The notes under the pieces were generated by a model. It was given only the letters and a program-made list of their open reading frames with translations. It made no database searches and had not been told where the DNA came from. 26,346 bases of DNA. Source: Micromonosporaceae bacterium (GTDB lineage Bacteria; Actinomycetota; Actinomycetes; Mycobacteriales; Micromonosporaceae). Position numbers and translations under genes: made by a program. Location of the stretch: positions 1-26,346 of the forward strand of contig JBLNGJ010000562.1 of the NCBI GenBank assembly GCA_050264675.1, in the 5' to 3' direction. Shown piece after piece: positions 7,501 to 13,593 of this stretch; position 1 is the first letter of the stretch, and each line of letters opens with the position of its first letter.

Positions 7501-9878
7501 CCGGCGTGGTCCGGGACAAGAACGGTGCGGCCGTTACGGGCGCGAACGTGCGCTTGGACGGCAATGAGCAGGACCAGCACTACGTCGCGGTCACCAATGG
7601 TTCGGGCGCCTTCAGCCTGCTGGTCGCCCCGAATGGCGCGTACGCGTTGCAGATCAGCGGAACCGAGGCGGCATCACCCGATGCCTATGTTCCTGACGAC
7701 TTCCTGCTGACCACCACGATCGGCGTAACCGGCGACACCACCCGTGACGTCACCGTCGGCGCCGTCAAGCTCGACATCGTCGCCCGCGACGACCGCCTCA
7801 CCGCCATCGCCGGCGCCGGCATCAGCTTCTCCTCCACCGGCAGCCAGGACGGGTTCGCCGCCAGCAGCACGGGTATCACGCGCACGACCGGGGCCGACGG
7901 CCGCACGTCGCTGATCATGTTGACGGGGACCACGTACACCATCAGCGCCACGCCGCCACCGGGCATGGGTTACATCAACACCACGTTCAACGGCACCTCT
8001 CCCATCACGCAGGACAGCGAAACGATCATCGAGTTCCAGAATCACATCCCGCTCGCGCCCACTGGACTGAGCGCGACGTCACCTACGACGAGCCAGCCGG
8101 CCCTGACCTGGAACCCGATCGCGAACGCGGACCACTACGCCATCTACCGGGGCACCAGCATCGTCGGCACCTCGGCGACCACGTCGTTCACCGATACCAC
8201 CTTGACCGCCGACGGGAGTTATGCCTACCGGGTCAGCGCCGTCAGTGCTGACAACTACGAGGGACCACGGTCAAGCAGCGTGACCGTGCTCTATGACACC
8301 ACCGCGCCAACGGTGGGCGACCCGCAGTTCTCGGCCAACCCCAAGCAGGTCAGTCAGCCGACCGACGTGAACGCGACCGCCTCGGACAGCGGCTCGGGCG
8401 TCGCCGGCGGCGAGTATTTCCTCGGCACAGACGACCCCGGTCAAGGGCAGGCGACAGCCATGGCGTTCGCCGCCGGAACACTGACGGCCACGATCGGCAC
8501 CGACCTCACCGCTGGCTCCTACACCGTGAACGTCCGGGCCCGTGACATCCTGGGCACCTGGTCGGCGATCCGGTCGGCCACACTCATTGTGGCCCGCCCA
8601 GCCGCACCGTCGGGTCTCACGGCCAATACACCAACCAACCAAGACCCCGTCCTGAACTGGGCCGCCTCGCCCGACGCGGCAGCCTACTACGTCTACCGCG
8701 ACGGCACTAAGCTCGTGGATGAACCAACCACGCCAACCTTCACCGACACTGGCCGCACCGATGGTTCCTACAGCTATAGCGTACGGGTGGTGAACGCCTT
8801 CGGCGATCAGAGTGATCTGGCCGGCCCGGTGACCGTGCTGGTCGACAAGCTCGCACCGACGATCAGCTACACGTTGGATCCGACTCCGAACAGCGCACTG
8901 TGGAACAACACCGCGGTTACTGTGACGTTCACCTGTCAGGACACCGGCGGGTCGGGGATCGTGGCCTGCACCACCCCGGTGACGGTCTCCGCCGATACGC
9001 CCGGCCTGGACGTCGTTGGCACCGCCGTCGACGCCGCGGGCAACACTAGGTCCATTCCGGCGACGGTTCACGTTGACCGGACCGCGCCGGTATTGGGTGT
9101 GCCGACCTGGGCCATCAATCCCAAGCCGCTGACGAGTTCCACCACCCTTACGGTCGCGGCGACCGACAACCTCAGCGACGTCGTAGCCGGCGAGTATTAC
9201 ATCGACACTGACCCGGGTGCCGGCGCTGCGATCGCCATGAGCGCCAGTGCTGGCAACCTCTCGGCGACCCTGGGCGCTGCCCTCGGTGTCGGCGTCTATC
9301 AGGTCGGTATTCGGGCCAGGGATGGGGCGGGTAACTGGAGCGCGACGACCACCACGATGCTGGTGGTCTACGACCCGGGCATCACGGTCGGCATAACCGG
9401 CAAGAACAAGAAGGACCTGGTGCCCAGTCTGGCCAACGGTGACGTGCTGCCCGGCCTCACCAGCGTCACGCAGACCGAGGCGGCCGACTATGGCTTCACG
9501 GTCGACTACGCCGGCGGTGTGCTCGATCCGCACAACGACTTCATGTTCACCTACAACACCGGCATCCAGTGCAACTCGCCGTATGGCCAGAACTGTCACA
9601 GCTTCGTCCTGAGCGCCACCAGCTTCGACTGGATGATCATCGATCAGACGAACAGCTCCCGCGGACGGTTCCAGGGTGTCGCGACCGTCACCGTCGACGG
9701 CGTCAGCACGACCAACCCGTTCACCGTGCAGGGCATCGACGGCGACCGGCTCACCCCAGCGGCTAACGACCAGTTCACGCTCAAGATTTACGCTCCTGGG
9801 GCCAACCCGACGACCGCGAGCCCGCTCTACCAAGTCACCGGCACGCTGGCATCCGGCAACAGCGTTCGGGTGCGGTGA
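4593..9878 (+). CDS. Giant secreted multidomain protein (~1760 aa): carboxypeptidase-regulatory-like/prealbumin-fold repeats, FnIII-like repeats and Ig-like domains
   Basis: ATG at 4593 after a GGGAGGG RBS. Signal peptide MFHVAQRYVAWVAGVVVALLVLAMPDVAHA|AG. Repeated (L/I/F)(S/T)GxVxDxxGxx(V/L/I)xGxxV starts and three PxAP(T/S)GL...W...YxxYR...FxD...GSYxY units. Thr/Gly/Val-rich. No catalytic motif or C-terminal anchor seen. Confidence 0.9.
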   Translation: MFHVAQRYVAWVAGVVVALLVLAMPDVAHAAGSVHLSGTVTDQSGAGVQNVSVTATAPGGTTVLFGPSLTAANGAYQLDVDPGTYDIHFTPPAGSGLNSITSNNLIAQVDQVVSVQLTPPTHTISGVVRDGAGNLLPALTVQFRLVSTDASAETVTDANGHYVATLNAGVYYLNALFGTAPQPLGFVSVSRRDSPSSMPQFDVVNADVVQDFQLPTTVLTVTVKDGFGNPASGVAVGATGGGNFALTAGGVSLYGNNSFRGGTTNALGVSTITLFKTTYPTATICATVTGNQVCNTTPVTITGPTNLLFQSASQVPPAPTGLTATTPTANAPALSWNTVSVAASYRVYRSGQLLGSTTTTSFVDSALDAGGSYSYTVTAVSALNIESPASMAFVVVYTSGPAVTNVAVNPSTISVGQTATLSATVTDAVASVVAAEYFESADPGEGHGLAMTVFGSTTSVTLPSNLALGPHTFTVRAKDSLGSWTRGTLPSATLTVVLPTLNGRVLNGANQGLSGVRIDVVSPSNHSNVLATTTSGSTGDYSVSASPGTYDVIYTPTGTTYQPTTKTAVNLTTSTTIDVVLVLVPRIFSGTVSDKNGIPIPGVTVRLNNAGGQTFSTITASDGSFSVDVNPATYSVTLSGTHTLAPAALVPATFSLGGGALDLTDNVDQNFTISAVTATFVTRSALTGATVGGVALTISTSTDTTVYAGSGSYAGGSSYGAMTDASGSVSVVLLSGSRYTVTAVPPTGSGVVATSFPQAGPIVADILVPLPLTADIRHFTGAFTDNIGAGLTGATIRLTGPLGTFQATTGPGGSFDVEAAAGTYTLTVNGSRPSGSGLHIPDTFSLSGASIDISSADRAQHLTLDAATVDVTAKSPFDTNVPDVEILITSAGGSATLFPGGSFTATASSAKTTNASGVASLFATKGLTYTTKATPAPGSGYRVTNLAASPVVATNTAWPIPLARDLKTFTGVVRDKNGAAVTGANVRLDGNEQDQHYVAVTNGSGAFSLLVAPNGAYALQISGTEAASPDAYVPDDFLLTTTIGVTGDTTRDVTVGAVKLDIVARDDRLTAIAGAGISFSSTGSQDGFAASSTGITRTTGADGRTSLIMLTGTTYTISATPPPGMGYINTTFNGTSPITQDSETIIEFQNHIPLAPTGLSATSPTTSQPALTWNPIANADHYAIYRGTSIVGTSATTSFTDTTLTADGSYAYRVSAVSADNYEGPRSSSVTVLYDTTAPTVGDPQFSANPKQVSQPTDVNATASDSGSGVAGGEYFLGTDDPGQGQATAMAFAAGTLTATIGTDLTAGSYTVNVRARDILGTWSAIRSATLIVARPAAPSGLTANTPTNQDPVLNWAASPDAAAYYVYRDGTKLVDEPTTPTFTDTGRTDGSYSYSVRVVNAFGDQSDLAGPVTVLVDKLAPTISYTLDPTPNSALWNNTAVTVTFTCQDTGGSGIVACTTPVTVSADTPGLDVVGTAVDAAGNTRSIPATVHVDRTAPVLGVPTWAINPKPLTSSTTLTVAATDNLSDVVAGEYYIDTDPGAGAAIAMSASAGNLSATLGAALGVGVYQVGIRARDGAGNWSATTTTMLVVYDPGITVGITGKNKKDLVPSLANGDVLPGLTSVTQTEAADYGFTVDYAGGVLDPHNDFMFTYNTGIQCNSPYGQNCHSFVLSATSFDWMIIDQTNSSRGRFQGVATVTVDGVSTTNPFTVQGIDGDRLTPAANDQFTLKIYAPGANPTTASPLYQVTGTLASGNSVRVR
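5538..8845 (+). repeat. Three FnIII-like protein repeats in the giant protein (starting at about 5538, 8049 and 8598)
   Basis: PPAPTGLTATTPTANAPALSW, PLAPTGLSATSPTTSQPALTW and PAAPSGLTANTPTNQDPVLNW, each followed by YxxYR and FxD...GSYxY. Confidence 0.8.
5898..9240 (+). repeat. Three EY(F/Y)-x(2-4)-DPGxG domains in the giant protein (Glu codons at 5898, 8412 and 9192)
   Basis: AAEYFESADPGEGHGLAM, GGEYFLGTDDPGQGQATAM and AGEYYIDTDPGAGAAIAM, each followed by a VRA(K/R)DxxGxW-like strand. Confidence 0.8.
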
Positions 9879-9930
9879 TGCCAGCGCCAAGCGGCTGCAA
9901 TCGGTATGGGCCGCGGGTGGTCCGGGTTAG

Positions 9931-10084
9931 GTCGTGGCGGGCGCACAACAGCGCCAGGTTGGTGGGCTTGCCGTCGGCTCAGGCGATCGGGTGGTGGGCG
10001 TCGCACCAGTCGGCGGGCGGTCGCCGCCTGGGAACCGGCATCCGCCAGCACCAACGCCCGGCGCAACCCGGTGGGGACGGCCAC
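9931..10084 (-). pseudogene. HNH endonuclease relic (C-terminus of the DUF222/13E12-repeat type)
   Basis: Three minus-strand frames join as VPTGLRRALVL / GCRFPGGDRP / DWCDAHHPIA*ADGKPTNLALLCARHD. This matches the family pattern RRALxxRDxGCxFPGCxRPxxWCDAHHxxxWxxGGxTxxxNLxLLCxxHH. There are two frameshifts and a TGA at 9981-9979 where the conserved Trp is expected. Confidence 0.85.
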
Positions 10085-10155
10085 GCACGTTGTGGACTGC
10101 TGCTGTTTCGGAGCGGGCGTTTCCGGGCCCCAGGTTCACAGGCGCGAGAGGGTGG

Positions 10156-12297
10156 TCACAGCAGATCGGCCAGCAGGGCCGCGGCCCGCTGCGCGCCGTC
10201 GGTTTCGACCGGACGATAGGTCGGCTCCCGGGCCATCTCAACGGCAATCGCCTCGGCCAGAACGTCGGGGGCCAGGTCGTCGTAGTCGAGGCGGCGCCCG
10301 GCCCGGTAGCGGTCGAGCCGGCGCGCTACGTGGAAGTTCTGTTCGAAGTGGTGCCGTAGCGGGATGTAGATAAAGGGCCGGCCGGCGGCGGTCAGCTCCA
10401 TGCAGGTCGTCAGTCCACCTTGGACAATGGCCAGGTCGCTCGCGGCCAAGTGCCGGTACAGGTCGGGCACGAACGCCCGCACCTCGAGGCCCGCCCTCGT
10501 GGGGATGGATGCGAGGTCGATGCGCGGCCCGGTGACCACGACCATGCGCAGCCCCGGCACCCGTGCCGCCGCTGGTTCGAAGGCCGCCATGACACGGCGC
10601 AGCAGGTGTCCGCCGACGCCGGAGCCGCCGACCGTCACCACGCAGATCCGCTCGTCGGGCCGGTAGCCCAAGTCGGTCCGCAGCGCCGTCCGGTCGGCGA
10701 CCATGGTTGGGTCGAACCCGGTCACGTATCCGGCGAATTCGTAGTGCTCGCGGGTCCACTCGCGGATCAGCGGCAGATTGGGGCCGAAGCGGTCGTCCAC
10801 AATGTCGTCCGGGTTGCCGACGAAGATGGCGCGGTCGCGCAGGCGGGGCAGTCGGGCGATGTGCTCGATCATCTCGGCGTTGTAGTCGGCTGCGACAAGC
10901 GCCTCACGCGCGTCACCGTCGGGCATCGGCAGGTAGCCGACGAAGTCGGTGAACCAGGCATAGGCGAACCGCTTGAGTTCGGGATTCTCATGCAGGAAAT
11001 GATCGACCTCCCACGCCTCGTCGCCGATGACGAGGTCGTAGTCGGTCTCGGTCACGAGGTCGTGGAAGACCATGAAGTTGGCCAGCAACACTTCGTCCAT
11101 ACGCCGCAGCGCCTCGAAGCAATGCAGGTCGTGCTCGCCGGCCTCGCTCTCGATGTGCGCGGACTCGTTGGCCAGCAGCCGGCTGGCCGGGTGGACGTGT
11201 TCCCCGGCCGTGTCCAGCACCTTCGTCACCGGATGCTGCGCGAGCCAGTCGATGACGAGGTCGGGGCGTCGTTGCCGCAGGGCCGCAGCGATCGCGATAT
11301 CCCGGCGAGCGTGGCCCAGGCCGATCGGCGAGGAGATGTAGAGGACCCGCTTAGGCCGGTGCGACCAGCGTGACCAGGTTTGGCGCCGGGCCGGTGCGCC
11401 CAGTCGCGCGGCGAAGTCCCGGATCAGCAGATTGATCCTCACCGGGTCGCGGGTCAGCGGAATGTGTCCGCCCCCGTGCACCGTGACCAATTCACCGCCA
11501 GTGAGCTCGGCCAGGATCTCGCTGCGCCGCACCGGACTGACCCGGTCGTCGTCGCCGTGTATGAGCAGGACCGGCCTGGTGATCCGCCGGCACCAGTCGG
11601 CGAGCGTGTCCGCGTCCGGCCAGGCCGCGTGGGCGTCGGCGATCAGCACCTCGGCCGATGTCTCACGACCCCAGCCGACGGCGTCATCGACCTGTTTGGT
11701 GGAGTGGCGCTCGGAGAAGCACTGTCCAAAAAAGAACCAGAGGAAGTCATCGTAGTTTTCCCGCCAGTAGTCGTGGTTGTACTTCGCCCAATGCTCGGCC
11801 GGGTCCGCCGCCACCTGCGGCACCCGGGACGGTTCGAGCGTGGTGGGCGCCGCGTCGAGAGCCGAGTGGGCCACCCGGGCGGCACTGGCACTGCCCAGGG
11901 CCACCGACGCTCCGATGAGGACGGTTCCGTGCACCCGATGCGGGTGGTTGGCAGCGAGATCGAGTGCCCAGTTCGCGGCCTTGGACAGACCAACCAGCAC
12001 GGCCCGGTCGGTGCCGCTAGCGTCGAGCACCTTCAGTGCGTACGCGACCTGGGCCTCCTGCCGATAGGCGGCGGGCTCGAGCGGTCGGTCGGAGCGGCCG
12101 TTGCCGGGGCCGTCGTAGGTGACCAGGCGATGGTTGCGGGCGAGATATGGAATCTGCGCCTTCCACAGGCGCTTGTGAATGATCGTCCAGGTCGGCATCA
12201 GCAGGAGGGTCGGCTCGCCCTCGCCGTACACCTCGTAATGGACCTTGATTCCGCGGTGCTCGACGAAGCCCTCCCCGTCCGCCACTCGTGCCCGCAT
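10156..12297 (-). CDS. Alpha/beta-fold hydrolase fused to a GT-B glycosyltransferase (GT28/MurG C-terminal-like)
   Basis: N-half: YDGPGNGRS, nucleophile elbow GLSKA, HGDDD and GGGH. C-half: SSPIGLGHARRD, VTVGGSGVG, DLAIVQGGLTTCMEL and HFEQ. One uninterrupted 713-aa ORF with a GAGGG RBS. Confidence 0.85.
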   Translation of the reverse strand: MRARVADGEGFVEHRGIKVHYEVYGEGEPTLLLMPTWTIIHKRLWKAQIPYLARNHRLVTYDGPGNGRSDRPLEPAAYRQEAQVAYALKVLDASGTDRAVLVGLSKAANWALDLAANHPHRVHGTVLIGASVALGSASAARVAHSALDAAPTTLEPSRVPQVAADPAEHWAKYNHDYWRENYDDFLWFFFGQCFSERHSTKQVDDAVGWGRETSAEVLIADAHAAWPDADTLADWCRRITRPVLLIHGDDDRVSPVRRSEILAELTGGELVTVHGGGHIPLTRDPVRINLLIRDFAARLGAPARRQTWSRWSHRPKRVLYISSPIGLGHARRDIAIAAALRQRRPDLVIDWLAQHPVTKVLDTAGEHVHPASRLLANESAHIESEAGEHDLHCFEALRRMDEVLLANFMVFHDLVTETDYDLVIGDEAWEVDHFLHENPELKRFAYAWFTDFVGYLPMPDGDAREALVAADYNAEMIEHIARLPRLRDRAIFVGNPDDIVDDRFGPNLPLIREWTREHYEFAGYVTGFDPTMVADRTALRTDLGYRPDERICVVTVGGSGVGGHLLRRVMAAFEPAAARVPGLRMVVVTGPRIDLASIPTRAGLEVRAFVPDLYRHLAASDLAIVQGGLTTCMELTAAGRPFIYIPLRHHFEQNFHVARRLDRYRAGRRLDYDDLAPDVLAEAIAVEMAREPTYRPVETDGAQRAAALLADLL

Positions 12298-12359
12298 CGC
12301 AGTCGCCCTCTCTGCTCAGCCTGCCTGGCCCTACGCCGACAGCCCTCGGCGGGAGTCGC

Positions 12360-12410
12360 TCGGTCGACCGACCGAATTGGCGCAGGCTATCATTCGGTCG
12401 ACCGACCGAA
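12360..12410. promoter_or_regulatory. Two palindromic TetR-type operators, TCGGTCG-AC-CGACCGA (12360-12375) and TTCGGTCG-AC-CGACCGAA (12393-12410)
   Basis: A 17-nt exact direct repeat with a 34-bp period; each copy is itself an inverted repeat. It lies between the divergent hydrolase-GT and TetR genes and overlaps a possible TCGACC-N18-TATCAT promoter. Confidence 0.8.
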
Positions 12411-12437
12411 CAAGGGGCGCCGACGGGAGCTTTCTGC

Positions 12438-13058
12438 GTGGCTCGAGACACTTCTGACAAGATCATGGAGGCAGCCCGAGACTGCCTGCTCGCCGACGGC
12501 TATGTCAACCTGTCCACGCGCAAGGTGGCCGAGCGCGCCGGTGTGCCGCTAAGCCAGATCCACTACCACTTCGGCGGCAAGCAGGGCATGGTGCTGGCGG
12601 TGCTGGACCGGGAGAACCAACGCCTGGTCGGTCGACAGCGGCAGATGTACGCGGCCAGCGTCCCGCTGTGGAAGCGGTATGAGCAGGCGTGCGACTTCCT
12701 CGACGACGATCTCACCTCGGGCTACGTCCGGGTGCTGCAGGAGATGATCGCCGCCGGCTGGTCGGCGGACGCGGTGGCCGAGCAAGTGCTGGTCATGCTC
12801 AAGGCCTGGATTGACATCCTCGAGGCGGTGGCCGCCGAGGCCGACGCTCGGCTGGGTCCACTCGCGCCCTTCACGGCGGGTGAGCTCGCCACACTCATCG
12901 GCCTTGCCTTCCTCGGCGGCGAAGCGATGATCCTGCTGGGTGACCAGGGTTGGACCCAGCGGGTGCGTACTTCGCTGCGCCGGGTCGGCGAGTTCGTCCG
13001 TACCTGGGAGGAGGGCGTCAGCTCGCCACCGTTGCCGGCGGCGCCGGTTCGGGCGTGA
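12438..13058 (+). CDS. TetR/AcrR-family transcriptional regulator
   Basis: N-terminal HTH DKIMEAARDCLLADGYVNLSTRKVAERAGVPLSQIHYHFGGK. GTG at 12438 has GGGAG 8 nt upstream. Confidence 0.92.
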   Translation: MARDTSDKIMEAARDCLLADGYVNLSTRKVAERAGVPLSQIHYHFGGKQGMVLAVLDRENQRLVGRQRQMYAASVPLWKRYEQACDFLDDDLTSGYVRVLQEMIAAGWSADAVAEQVLVMLKAWIDILEAVAAEADARLGPLAPFTAGELATLIGLAFLGGEAMILLGDQGWTQRVRTSLRRVGEFVRTWEEGVSSPPLPAAPVRA

Positions 13059-13593
13059 CCGGAACGTGTTGCGGCTGCAAGTGGATCCGCTTCAAGGAGC
13101 GCTGGAACAGCGGGTGTGCTTGCCCACCCGGCATGGCTACGCCGAGTTCGCCCGCGGCCGCGGCCGTGCCGGCGCCGCAGCCGGTGACGTGGCCCTCCAA
13201 CACATTGACGGTGATCGCGTCGATGTCCAGCGTGAGGGCCAGGGCGAGCTCGAGGATGGGCACCTGGGCGCCGGCCACGTCGAGGTAGACCCGCGGCTGC
13301 TGGCTGGTCTGCAGTGTGTGGTTGGCGACGACGACCGAGGCGGTCGCACCGGGGACGCCGCGGGTCTGCTCGCACGCTTTCAGGATCGCCTGCTGCTTGC
13401 GCCAGGCCTGCAGGACCAGGCCGCCGATCGGCAGGTCGAGCAGGCTGGCGATGGCGGTGGCGACCTGCCGGGTCAGGCCTGGTACGCCGTGGCTGAGCAG
13501 TCCCAACGCCCCGGCCCGCTGCTCCAGCTGCCGGTTGATCTGATCGGCCCGGTCGGCTGGGCGCTCGAAGAGCAGTTCCGCGACGGTGGTCAT
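13018..13593 (-). CDS. Hypothetical protein (191 aa, soluble, helical N-half and beta-rich C-half)
   Basis: ATG at 13593 with a GGAGAG RBS and an ATGA overlap with the upstream gene's stop. Protein-like sequence MTTVAELLFE...LLDLPIGGLVLQAWRKQ...; the upstream part of the 611-aa track ORF is a shadow frame. Confidence 0.75.
   Translation of the reverse strand: MTTVAELLFERPADRADQINRQLEQRAGALGLLSHGVPGLTRQVATAIASLLDLPIGGLVLQAWRKQQAILKACEQTRGVPGATASVVVANHTLQTSQQPRVYLDVAGAQVPILELALALTLDIDAITVNVLEGHVTGCGAGTAAAAGELGVAMPGGQAHPLFQRSLKRIHLQPQHVPVTPEPAPPATVAS

Noticed and set aside
9780-9878. Sortase (LPXTG/LAXTG) or TM anchor on the giant protein
   Set aside because: The C-terminus has no sorting motif followed by a hydrophobic helix and a basic tail.
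8271-9890. 539-aa minus-strand ORF, and similar long antisense ORFs (10420..11373, 17918..19546, 19461..21041, 22061..23374, 23404..25044)
   Set aside because: Shadow frames of real genes, expected from high-GC codon bias. They have no family motifs and fully overlap well-supported CDSs.
9979-9981. TGA as selenocysteine or recoded Trp in the HNH fragment
   Set aside because: Two frameshifts and loss of the N-terminus show plain decay, and TGA is used as a normal stop throughout the window.
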